64,000 nucleotides of DNA from Dehalococcoidia bacterium (GTDB lineage: Bacteria > Chloroflexota > Dehalococcoidia > Lucifugimonadales > UBA3495): the NCBI GenBank assembly GCA_965116785.1, contig OZ220731.1, positions 1,242,977 through 1,306,976 on the forward strand, written 5' to 3'. Below the pieces are notes generated by a model that was not told the origin of the DNA, ran no database searches, and was given only the letters and a program-made list of their open reading frames with translations. Positions 49,791 through 58,183 of this stretch are shown here, piece by piece (positions within the stretch are counted from its first letter, which is position 1; each line of letters begins with the position of its first letter). The position numbers were made by a program, and so were the translations under genes.

Positions 49791-50960
49791 TCAGTCGTCG
49801 CCGACAGGTAGGGCGGCCTCCCTCCCCGTGAAGGCCGGCATCACTTCGTCAGCAAAGATGGACAACTGGTTTTGGAACTCGCTCCACGGCATGCCTTCCG
49901 GCCACTGGAGCACGATGTCCTCCAAGCCCGGGTACCTGTCCTCAATGTCCCGCAGGAACCCGATGAAATCGTCCGGGTTGCCACAGAACCAGGCCTTCTG
50001 GTCCACGCCGTCTTCGATCCGGGGGGTCCGCGCCGGCGCGCCGGGCGTGCCCCAAGGCCGGCCCTGCTCGTCGGTGTACCGGACGAACCCGAAGGGCGCG
50101 AACCACTTGTAGCGCTCGTCGTGGAAGGGACGCACCTGTTCGATGGCCTCCTCCCGGCTGCCCGCGATGTAAAAACCGAACCCCAGCGCCATGTCGCCGC
50201 CCAAAGGAATGTCACGGCCGGCTCCCGTCGCCGCGTCGTGATACTGCGAGATCATCTGCTCCGCGTATCGCTCGCCGGTCAACGCCACCATCGCCTTGAT
50301 TCCGCGTTCGGCGATGTAGTTCAGCGTCCGCCCGCTGGCGATGGGTTGCCAGATCTCCACGGGCCGGCTGACCGGGCGGGGCACCATGGTGATCTCTTTC
50401 AGGTCATACCCGCGATAGGGCACCTCCGGGGGAATGGTGTAGTACTTTCCGGAATGGCTCCAAGAGTCCTCGTTGAAGGCCTTCAGGATGACCTCCATCT
50501 GCTCGAGGAACAGCTCGCGGTTGGCATCGTTGTCGATCACCGGCGCGCCGAAAGTCTCCACTTCCCGCGCATGGTAGCCGCGTCCAACGCCAAAGATCAT
50601 GCGACCGCCCGTGAGGATGTCCGCCATGGCGAAATCTTCGGCCACCCGCAGCGGATGCCACATGGGGATAATGTTGAACGCCTGCCCGAACTTCAGGTTC
50701 TTGGTCTGTCCCGCCAGGTGCACGCCCATCAGGATAAGGTTGGGGATGCACTCGTAGCCCTCGTGCTGGAAGTGGTGCTCGGCCATCCACATGCAGTAGA
50801 ACCCGCGCTCATCCATATGCTTGGCCAGCGCTTCCGCGTGATCGTACGCCTGGATCAACTGTTCGTTGCTGTAACGGCGCTGGTCGGCCGGCGTGCCGTC
50901 CGCGCCCACGTTGTCCAGGTCGATCTGCCCCACGTACAGAACCGAAAACCGCTTAATCAT
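49791..50960 (-). CDS. LLM-class (luciferase-like) flavin-dependent oxidoreductase
   Basis: FYCMWMAEHHFQHEGYE, GQAFNIIPMWHPLRVAEDFAMADILTGGR.IFGVGRGYH. Confidence 0.88.
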   Translation of the reverse strand: MIKRFSVLYVGQIDLDNVGADGTPADQRRYSNEQLIQAYDHAEALAKHMDERGFYCMWMAEHHFQHEGYECIPNLILMGVHLAGQTKNLKFGQAFNIIPMWHPLRVAEDFAMADILTGGRMIFGVGRGYHAREVETFGAPVIDNDANRELFLEQMEVILKAFNEDSWSHSGKYYTIPPEVPYRGYDLKEITMVPRPVSRPVEIWQPIASGRTLNYIAERGIKAMVALTGERYAEQMISQYHDAATGAGRDIPLGGDMALGFGFYIAGSREEAIEQVRPFHDERYKWFAPFGFVRYTDEQGRPWGTPGAPARTPRIEDGVDQKAWFCGNPDDFIGFLRDIEDRYPGLEDIVLQWPEGMPWSEFQNQLSIFADEVMPAFTGREAALPVGDD

Positions 50961-51119
50961 CCAATCAGTGCTCCGCTCGAATAAGAATCGCGCCGCATTA
51001 TAGCATGATGACCGGTTGAAACCGGTTGGCGCCGGTCCTGTCGACGAGCAACCCAACCGCCGCGACCCGTTATAATTCCCCCCGTTCCCACTTCACATGA
51101 CATTAGGGGAGGCAATCCC

Positions 51120-51896
51120 ATGGATTTGAGCTTGAACGGTAAGGTAGCAATGATCACCGGCGGCAGCCGTGGCCTCGGCCGGCAGTGCGCCCTGGCCCTC
51201 GGCCAGGAGGGTTGCGCCGTGTCCATCTGCGGACGTGACGGCGAAACGGTGGAGAAGACCGTGTCCGAGCTCGCCGGCGTGGGCGTGAACGCCCACGGCA
51301 GCCAAGCCGACGTCACCAATTCCGAAGACGCCGAGCGGTTCCTCCAGGAGACCACCGCCGCCCTCGGCTCTCCCGACATCCTGGTGAACAACGTGGGTGG
51401 CCGCCGCGGCTCGGTCCTCTTCGACGAGACCTCGATGGAACAGTTTCTTGAGGGTCTGGAAGTCAACCTCATCTCGGCGGTTCGGATGACCAAGCTGGCC
51501 CTTCCCCACATGCAAGCGCAGGGCTGGGGTCGCGTGATCAATATCTCGTCAATCTACGGGCGCGAGCACGGCGGCTCAGTGGACTACATGACGGGAAAGG
51601 CCGGCATGATCGCCTTTTCGAAGCATCTTGCCCTGCAATTGGCGCAAACCGGCGTCCTGGTGAATTGCGTGGCGCCCGGCAGCATCGACTTCCCCGGCAG
51701 CACCTGGGATCGTTTTCAGCAGAACAACACCCCTGAGGTCGTGGCCGAATTCATCGACCGCAACCTGCCCATGGGCAAGTTCGGTTGGCCCGAGCCCATC
51801 GGCGAGACCGTGGCGTTCCTGGCCTCAGACCGCGCCGGCCTGATCACCGGCGCCTGCATCAACGTCGACGGCGGCCAGTCCAAGTCACTGTTTTAG
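51120..51896 (+). CDS. SDR-family oxidoreductase
   Basis: ITGGSRGLG, NNVG and Y..GK (DYMTGKAG). Confidence 0.9.
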   Translation: MDLSLNGKVAMITGGSRGLGRQCALALGQEGCAVSICGRDGETVEKTVSELAGVGVNAHGSQADVTNSEDAERFLQETTAALGSPDILVNNVGGRRGSVLFDETSMEQFLEGLEVNLISAVRMTKLALPHMQAQGWGRVINISSIYGREHGGSVDYMTGKAGMIAFSKHLALQLAQTGVLVNCVAPGSIDFPGSTWDRFQQNNTPEVVAEFIDRNLPMGKFGWPEPIGETVAFLASDRAGLITGACINVDGGQSKSLF

Positions 51897-51909
51897 GGAC
51901 AATGTCAGC

Positions 51910-52020
51910 AACAGGATTTTCAGGATAATCGGATTGGCAGGATTCGATGCGCCCCCAGCGCGACCGCCGTTATCCTGCTGAACCGTTGATCGTGTAAATC
52001 CTGAAATCGGGCAAATCCGC
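51910..52020. repeat. Array of CAGGAT(T)/(A)ATCCTG motifs in a convergent intergenic region
   Basis: Forward copies: CAGGAT at 51912, 51921 and 51938 (plus CGGATT at 51930). Reverse copies: ATCCTG at 51972 and 51998 (plus AATCCG at 52014). TCAGGATAATCGG (51920-32) pairs with CCGTTATCCTG (51967-77), or alternatively GATTTTCAGGAT (51915-26) pairs with ATCCTGAAATC (51998-52008). GC is locally low. Confidence 0.6.
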
Positions 52021-52030
52021 CTTCAAACAA

Positions 52031-52849
52031 CTACTCCGGCTGGTGCACCGTCCCGACAAATTCCAACCAGGACTGCACGCATTTCTCGGGAGCCGAGTGC
52101 TGGACATAACCGCTGGCACCGGGCACCCGCGCCAACCGGCAATTGGGCATCATCTCCGCCTGTCCCTGCGCCCGGTCGGGAATGTCCCCCTCGCTCAGCT
52201 CGCCGACCATCGCCAGCGCCGGCGTCCGGATGGTCGGCAGTTTCTCGGACAGGTTCTGGGTGCCCAAGTAGGCCAGGGTTTCCAGCACCACGTGCCGTGA
52301 GGTCTGGGCCATCTGCTGGATGTACCATTCGTGGTGCTCCGGCGCGTCGTCCGCGCTGACCCGGCGGCCCCCGGTGGTTCGCGCCCAGCCTTCGACGCCC
52401 TCCTCGGCCACCAGCCGATAGTAGTTCTGGTAGGTGTCAACGCCCGTGAAATTGTACGGCGATGTGCATGTGGTCACCGTGTGCAGCCGCTCCGGGTACT
52501 GGTAGGCGAACTGCAAGGCGATGGTGCCACCGATGGTCTCGCCGATCAGGTGGACGCGGTCCAGGTCCAGGTAATCGAGCAGGTTGCGCAGATCGCCGGC
52601 GAAACCCTCCAGGGACCAGTCGTAACCAGGCTCGGGCACCGTGGAACGTCCGAAGCCTCGCATGTCCACACGGATCACCCGGTACTGCCGGGCCAGCAGC
52701 GGCGGCCACGCATACCACAGCCGCCCGTTCTTGGCGTTGCCATGATGCAACACGATGGTTTCGACCGTTCCCGGGTCGCGCCAGGGATCGGTAAAGTTGT
52801 CGTCGTCGTAGTACATCTCCAGGTCGCCGGCCAGCGGAGTTATGGGCAT
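52031..52849 (-). CDS. Alpha/beta-fold protein with Thr in the nucleophile elbow
   Basis: HHGNA.., and an elbow that reads IGETIGG instead of G-x-S-x-G. C-terminal GYVQHSAPE His. Confidence 0.8.
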   Translation of the reverse strand: MPITPLAGDLEMYYDDDNFTDPWRDPGTVETIVLHHGNAKNGRLWYAWPPLLARQYRVIRVDMRGFGRSTVPEPGYDWSLEGFAGDLRNLLDYLDLDRVHLIGETIGGTIALQFAYQYPERLHTVTTCTSPYNFTGVDTYQNYYRLVAEEGVEGWARTTGGRRVSADDAPEHHEWYIQQMAQTSRHVVLETLAYLGTQNLSEKLPTIRTPALAMVGELSEGDIPDRAQGQAEMMPNCRLARVPGASGYVQHSAPEKCVQSWLEFVGTVHQPE

Positions 52850-52921
52850 GATTCTCTCCTGCGAATGATCGCCTGCTTGCGTCGGATGTCGTCTGCCTGC
52901 GTGCGACAGCGGTTGCCCCGT

Positions 52922-53299
52922 CTATACGCCGAGACCGCCGCCGGGAGTCTGGTCCGCCAGCGGAATCTGCACGCTGATCCGGTCCACGTCCCCCACGCTT
53001 CGGGTGGTATGGCCGCGGCCGGTCAGATCCTCGCACAGTTCAATGTCGCCCACGTTGAAGATCCGCTTCGTGCCATCACCCAAACCGATCTCCACCTGGC
53101 CCTGCAACGTGATGACGTACTGGCGGCGTGGCGCAGTGTGGAAGTCCACCAACTGGGTGGGCCTCAGGCAGCTGAACTGCACGCCGGTGGCCGCCTCCGT
53201 TGCGGTCCTCAGGGCGTGCCCCATCTGCTCGAAGGGCAACTCCATCTCTTCGATGTGCGATTCGCCGTCCTCGCCAGTGTAGAGCCTAACTACCTGCAT
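52922..53299 (-). CDS. Cupin-fold protein
   Basis: 125 aa. DFHTAPRRQYVITLQGQVEIGLGDG..R.F..GD has a beta-barrel pattern. Confidence 0.6.
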   Translation of the reverse strand: MQVVRLYTGEDGESHIEEMELPFEQMGHALRTATEAATGVQFSCLRPTQLVDFHTAPRRQYVITLQGQVEIGLGDGTKRIFNVGDIELCEDLTGRGHTTRSVGDVDRISVQIPLADQTPGGGLGV

Positions 53300-53352
53300 T
53301 TCGTATTACCTCCGGTTACGTTTGTGATTGGGCCGTGATAGTGCCAAAGTGG

Positions 53353-53598
53353 TTAGTCAATGTAGAAATGTGGCCGTAGGTCTGACTCTGGGACGAATTG
53401 TACAGCCCGATTGAAAATGGAGTGCAGGGTTCCTCTGGCGAGTTCGCGATGGAGAGGGACTGACAAGTTCTGATTTCCACCGGAATCGAGCGTTCTTCTG
53501 AGCTTCACATGGCTCCCTTTTTGAGAGTGTCTGCGGAAACCGAACCGAACCATGATCGCGATGACGTCGTTGCCGGACAGCCTTTTAAGCCGCGGCAT
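53353..53598 (-). CDS. hicA: HicA-family mRNA interferase toxin
   Basis: LSGNDVIAIMVRFGF...QKGSHVKL...VPLHRELARGTL..I matches the HicA/YcfA pattern with the conserved GSH. Confidence 0.8.
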   Translation of the reverse strand: MPRLKRLSGNDVIAIMVRFGFRRHSQKGSHVKLRRTLDSGGNQNLSVPLHRELARGTLHSIFNRAVQFVPESDLRPHFYID

Positions 53599-53821
53599 CG
53601 GTTAGCTCCATCTCAAGCACTACAGACAAAATTGGGTTATCGGCCAATCCAATTTCGGCAAGGTCTTCGTCTTCCAAGTGAAGACTGACCGCTTCCCGCA
53701 AGTTATCGAGCGTTTCGTCCAGGGTACGCCCCTGGGTCACGACGGCGACTTCCAGGCAATTGGCCACATAGTACCCGTCGCTGGGGAAAACGACGGCGTG
53801 GATGTTACGAGACAGGTTCAT
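53585..53821 (-). CDS. hicB: HicB-family antitoxin (UPF0150-like, no obvious DNA-binding extension)
   Basis: HAVVFPSDGYYVANCLEVAVVTQGRTLDETLDNLREAVSLHLED. It overlaps hicA by 14 nt. Confidence 0.75.
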   Translation of the reverse strand: MNLSRNIHAVVFPSDGYYVANCLEVAVVTQGRTLDETLDNLREAVSLHLEDEDLAEIGLADNPILSVVLEMELTDAAA

Positions 53822-54513
53822 TGCTGGTTCCTCCGGTTTGATGATAGCCCAGTCTCGCAGATGTCATGCAGGCAGCAGACGTTGCAACGGGGCGCGTTTT
53901 TGGTGCAGGCTTCCTTATGGTGCCGGTCCAGCAGGGCATGAAACTCATTGTACACTTGCACGTCCGCGGGGATGCCGGCGTGAAACAGCCGCTGCCAACC
54001 GTCATAGTTGTCCCGTCCGATTGGCTCCAAGCCCACCCGCTTCAGGATGCGGATGGTGTAGGCATCAATCACGAACGAGGCTTTTCCGGCCGCGTACACC
54101 AGGATGTCGTCGGCGGTTTCCGGGCCGACCCCGTGGATGCCCAACAACTCGCGGCGCACCGCCGCCGTGTCGCCCGCAAACATGGCATCCAGGTCGCCGT
54201 CATACCCCTCGCAAACATGGGAGGCAAAGGCTTTCAGCTTGCGTGCCTTGGTATTGTAGTATCCCGACGGACGGACCAGCTGGGCGAGGTCCTCCAGCGG
54301 CAGTACGTGCACGGCAGGCCAACTGTCGACCTCCGCCGAGCGCAGGTTGTCCAGGGCCCGCTCCACGTTGCGCCACGCCGCCGCCTGCGTGAGGATCGCC
54401 CCGGCGATCATCTCGAACCGGCTGCTCGCTGGCCACCACCCCTGCGACCCGTAGGCGCCCAGCAACCGGTGGTATATCTCCATCAACGGCGGTTGTACGC
54501 TGAACACGTTCAC
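53818..54513 (-). CDS. Endonuclease III-like HhH-GPD protein with a 4Fe-4S cluster loop
   Basis: HhH LLGIHGVGPETADDILVYA, catalytic-Asp region FVIDAYT, and C-terminal CTKNAPRCNVCCLHDIC. Confidence 0.85.
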   Translation of the reverse strand: MNVFSVQPPLMEIYHRLLGAYGSQGWWPASSRFEMIAGAILTQAAAWRNVERALDNLRSAEVDSWPAVHVLPLEDLAQLVRPSGYYNTKARKLKAFASHVCEGYDGDLDAMFAGDTAAVRRELLGIHGVGPETADDILVYAAGKASFVIDAYTIRILKRVGLEPIGRDNYDGWQRLFHAGIPADVQVYNEFHALLDRHHKEACTKNAPRCNVCCLHDICETGLSSNRRNQQ

Positions 54514-54552
54514 TTCCCCATACCGGCTGGAGGCGTGGCGCCCGCCGGTTGA

Positions 54553-55242
54553 TCACAACAAGGCCGGCACGGCGTCGGCCAGTTCGATACTACGCTCGGT
54601 CACCTGGCAACGATACGCCCAGATCGCAACCCCCGCATCCCGCACTTCTCTGAGCGTCGTTCCCAGCAGCGGGTCGGCGACGTCGTGGGGAGCGAACGCA
54701 TCGGCATCGGCCCTCTGGATTACGAACACCACCGCCGCTTCGTGACCCGCGTCCCGCGCCGCCATCAGGCTCCTCAGGTGTTTCACGCCCCGAATGGTCG
54801 GCGCATCCGGAAACAGCCCGACACCGTCTTCGACCAGGGTGACCGACTTGGTCTCGACGTAGCATTTTCTCTCGGGACCTTCCAGCAGGAAATCCAGCCT
54901 GCTCTCCCCGAAGACCTGCTCCCCACGGGCTACCGGGTAAGCCTCGAATTGCCGGAGTCGTCTTTGCGCCAGAGCCTCCGCCACAAGCTTGTTGGGCAGG
55001 CGCGCGTCAGCTGACGAAAGCGCACTGCCGGTGTCCACGAGCGCCAGGTCGAATGCGGTCTTTCGATTCGTTCCCTGCGGAGCCGGAACCAGCAAAACCC
55101 GAAACCCCGGCACCAGCAGCTCGCCCATCCTGCCCGAATTGGGTACGTGGGCCAGGTACTCCCGGCGCTCCACGTCCACGAGGGCTGCGAACCGGTTCAG
55201 CCGTTTGATGAATCGTCCTTCAACGAGGGGAGGAAATCGCAC
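54553..55242 (-). CDS. sfsA: Sugar fermentation stimulation protein SfsA (nuclease-fold DNA-binding protein)
   Basis: G.FIKR.NRF.A.V......AHV.NSGRM.ELL.PG..V.L, VE.KSVTL and GVKHL..L. Confidence 0.88.
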   Translation of the reverse strand: MRFPPLVEGRFIKRLNRFAALVDVERREYLAHVPNSGRMGELLVPGFRVLLVPAPQGTNRKTAFDLALVDTGSALSSADARLPNKLVAEALAQRRLRQFEAYPVARGEQVFGESRLDFLLEGPERKCYVETKSVTLVEDGVGLFPDAPTIRGVKHLRSLMAARDAGHEAAVVFVIQRADADAFAPHDVADPLLGTTLREVRDAGVAIWAYRCQVTERSIELADAVPALL

Positions 55243-55339
55243 CGGTGGTCTCCCGATTGGCCGCCGCCATCGCGCTTACGAGACGCATCGAAACGGCGTG
55301 CTGCCACTGCAATTGATCCTGGACGCCATTTAACACAAG

Positions 55340-55386
55340 CGTAATCAGTTCGTAATTGCCCGTTAATCCGTTGTCCGCAATATAAG
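55340..55386 (+). promoter_or_regulatory. Three helically phased direct repeats plus a candidate -10 upstream of the atypical regulator gene
   Basis: CGTAAT (55340), CGTAAT (55351) and CGTTAAT (55361), spaced 11 and 10 bp apart, followed by TATAAG (55381-86). Confidence 0.35.
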
Positions 55387-55439
55387 GCCATCGGCAGCGC
55401 CATGCAAAACAATTCCCACGCTGCCAATGAGGTACGGCG

Positions 55440-56132
55440 ATGATCACGTACGCAGGTTATCAACCCACCAACGACGTCGCTCCTCGTGTCCTCCTGCTCG
55501 GACAGGGTTGGGAATTGATAAAAGGCGCTCTGACCGCCGCCTCCGACACCGGCGCCATCGCGCTGGTTGGACCGGAAACCTCCTATGACTTCAACTCCGA
55601 TTACAGTGCAGTCTCTCCGGCGGTGTTGCTGCTCTCTCCCGACGCGGACATTCCGGTCCACCCCGACGACGGTTGCGCGCCGCTGGTGCTCCGTTGCGTT
55701 ACCGACGACGAGTTGGGCGATCCCGATCTCTACGACAATTCCGATGACTTCGTCGCCGTGCCCTGCTCCCCTGCCGAACTGATCAAGCGGATCCTGCGCC
55801 TCGCCAACCGGCGCGCATCCGCGTCGGTTGCATTGGGCTCGATCCGGGTCGGCGGAATATCCCTTAACCCGGCGACATACCAGGTCACGGCCAACGGCCG
55901 GCCGGTGGACCTGGCCTGGCTGGAGTTCCAGCTCCTGCAATTCCTCATGGACAATGTGGGCAAAGTGTTTACCCGAGACCAGTTGCTGGCCAACGTCTGG
56001 GGCGTCGAGAACATCGGCGGCACGCGGACCGTCGACGTGCATATTCGCCGCCTGCGCTACAAGCTGGAGAACGGACCCGAAACGTATTTCCGCACCGTCA
56101 AGAACGTCGGCTACGGGATGATCGAACCTTAG
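55440..56132 (+). CDS. Orphan OmpR-family winged-helix regulator with a degenerate receiver domain
   Basis: Canonical C-terminus: LAWLEFQLLQFLMDNVGKVFTRDQLL..VWG......TRTVDVHIRRLR.KL........T.VGYG. The N-terminal domain lacks the DD acidic pocket (RVLLLGQG). Confidence 0.8.
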   Translation: MITYAGYQPTNDVAPRVLLLGQGWELIKGALTAASDTGAIALVGPETSYDFNSDYSAVSPAVLLLSPDADIPVHPDDGCAPLVLRCVTDDELGDPDLYDNSDDFVAVPCSPAELIKRILRLANRRASASVALGSIRVGGISLNPATYQVTANGRPVDLAWLEFQLLQFLMDNVGKVFTRDQLLANVWGVENIGGTRTVDVHIRRLRYKLENGPETYFRTVKNVGYGMIEP

Positions 56133-56148
56133 AAGGGCGGGACAGTTG

Positions 56149-56192
56149 ACACGGAAAAAGGGGCGAGATTTCACTCGCCCCTTTTTCCGTGT
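56149..56192. terminator. Perfect 19-bp hairpin, a bidirectional terminator between the regulator gene and the P450 gene
   Basis: ACACGGAAAAAGGGGCGAG-atttca-CTCGCCCCTTTTTCCGTGT. The A5/T5 tracts lie inside the stem. Confidence 0.75.
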
Positions 56193-56207
56193 TCGCGGCA
56201 GTGATGG

Positions 56208-57437
56208 TTACCACTCCGCGGGCAGGCTTACCACACCACGAATGTTCAGCAGGTTGTGGTACTCCAGTTCGTCCGGATTGCTGGCAAACTTGAAGGGCGG
56301 GAACTTGCGGGTCAGCGCGCGGAACGCCTCCTGTCCCTCCAGCCGGGCGAGGTTCGCGCCCAGGCAATGGTGGATGCCGCCGCCGAAAGCCACGTGCGGG
56401 TTCGGGTAGCGGGTGATGTCCAGGTCCTCGGGATTCTCAAAAGCCATCGGGTCCCGGTTGGCCGAGTTGATGATCGTCATCACCTTCTCGCCTTCCCGGA
56501 TCGTCTGTCCGCCCAGCTCGATGTCCTCCAGCGCGATGCGCGGCGCGCGCTTCACCGGCGAGTCGTACCGCAGCAATTCCTCAGTTGCCCGGACCAGTAG
56601 GCTGTCGTCCTCCTTGAGCATGTTCCACTGCTCGGGGTTCTTCATCAGCGCCATGGTGCCGTTGCCCACCAGGTTGATGGTGGTCTGGTGACCGGCGATC
56701 AACAGCAGCAGGGTGTTGCCCAGCACTTCCTCGCGGCTCAACTCGCCCTCGCGCTCGCCGATTGCCAGCACTGACAACAGATCGTCAGCGGGCTCACTGA
56801 CGCGGTCCTCCACAAGCGGGTTCACGTAATCATTCAACGTGGTGATGGCCTCATGCACCCGGGTGTGACGGTCCGGCGACTCCTGGTCCAACGACAGCAG
56901 TTGCCGGGACAGCGTGCGGATGAACTCGCGGTCCTCGGCGGGCATGCCCAACCAGTTGGCGATCACCAGAACCGGCATGGCGTTGGCAAAGTCCCTGAGC
57001 ACGTCCATCTCCCCGTCTTCAGGGTCGAAGTCCTTCAGCAGGTCCTGGATTATCCCCTGCACCATCGCCCGGAACCGGTTGTCGATGTATTTGGGGTTGA
57101 ACACCGGGTGGACGGCGCGACGCATCCGCAGGTGATCCGGACGGTCCCGCCGGATGAACCAGTTGTTCATGTAATCAAGGTTGTACTTGTACTTGGGGAA
57201 GTCCTCTTCCGAGATCGGCGGGCTGGGTGGCTTGTCATCACGCAGGAACACCTCGGAAGAGAAGTATTCCGGATGGCGCAGCGCCCACACTACCGCCTGG
57301 TACGAGGTGAGCACCCAGGTGTCGAACTTGGCGTTCCAGTACACCGGCGCCTCTTCCCGCAGCATCGCGTAGTAGGGATACGGGTTCCGCAGGTTTTCCG
57401 GCGAAAGCAATTCGTCGTGGAGTCGGTCCTTTAGCAT
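56208..57437 (-). CDS. Cytochrome P450
   Basis: Heme-binding FGGGIHHCLGANLA, EXXR (EELLRY) and I-helix LLLIAGHQTT. Confidence 0.93.
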   Translation of the reverse strand: MLKDRLHDELLSPENLRNPYPYYAMLREEAPVYWNAKFDTWVLTSYQAVVWALRHPEYFSSEVFLRDDKPPSPPISEEDFPKYKYNLDYMNNWFIRRDRPDHLRMRRAVHPVFNPKYIDNRFRAMVQGIIQDLLKDFDPEDGEMDVLRDFANAMPVLVIANWLGMPAEDREFIRTLSRQLLSLDQESPDRHTRVHEAITTLNDYVNPLVEDRVSEPADDLLSVLAIGEREGELSREEVLGNTLLLLIAGHQTTINLVGNGTMALMKNPEQWNMLKEDDSLLVRATEELLRYDSPVKRAPRIALEDIELGGQTIREGEKVMTIINSANRDPMAFENPEDLDITRYPNPHVAFGGGIHHCLGANLARLEGQEAFRALTRKFPPFKFASNPDELEYHNLLNIRGVVSLPAEW

Positions 57438-57507
57438 GGGTACTGCCTCGCAACTGGGTGTGGTTCAGTGAAGTGGCAATCAATTTAGCCACCGGGTGAT
57501 TGGGATG

Positions 57508-58140
57508 TCAACTTGAACGCGAGCGACGCAGAACCCGTATATTCCACCACGTGATAAGCGGCGTTATCACTACCGTGGGCAATATCCAGGGCACCCAGAC
57601 CGGGTCCATGTCAACGTTCACCACGGTTACCGCCGTGATCGTCGCGATGGTGCCGGCCATCATGTTGGTCAGATGCCGCGACACCCGCCGCGCGCCGCCC
57701 GGCTGTTTCCAGTGAAATCTCGCGTCGGCCAGTCCCAACGCGATCGCGATCCCGCCGAAAACCAGCAACGTTATCCATTGCGAACTGCCATCCAACGCGA
57801 TGACCACCGCATAGCCCCACATCGCCAAACCGGTGATTCCAATCGACCCGACGGCGACCCAGTCCACCGAATGCGCCCGCCTCTGCCGATTTCGCGCGAA
57901 CCGCCACCCGGCAAAAACCAGGTAAAAGCTGAACAACGCGATAAGGAAAAGGAAAGTGCTCGCCCCGAGGATGGCCAGCGGCACCGCGGTCAGGAATACA
58001 ACCGTCATTCCAACCGCGTAGATCCGACCCGCCAGCACATGCCACCGCCCGCCCTTGGCGGTGACCAACGCTACCCCAGCGGTCGCCAGCGACGCCGAAC
58101 CGGCGGCGATGTGCACCGCGAGCAAAATCAGTTGCAACAA
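57508..58140 (-). CDS. Polytopic membrane protein of unknown function
   Basis: 210 aa with about 6 predicted TM helices, in an operon position between a CoA-transferase gene and the P450 gene. Confidence 0.65.
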   Translation of the reverse strand: MLQLILLAVHIAAGSASLATAGVALVTAKGGRWHVLAGRIYAVGMTVVFLTAVPLAILGASTFLFLIALFSFYLVFAGWRFARNRQRRAHSVDWVAVGSIGITGLAMWGYAVVIALDGSSQWITLLVFGGIAIALGLADARFHWKQPGGARRVSRHLTNMMAGTIATITAVTVVNVDMDPVWVPWILPTVVITPLITWWNIRVLRRSRSS

Positions 58141-58183
58141 AAGCCACCCGACCTCGGGTACGCGGATCCACGACGTGCCGGCG

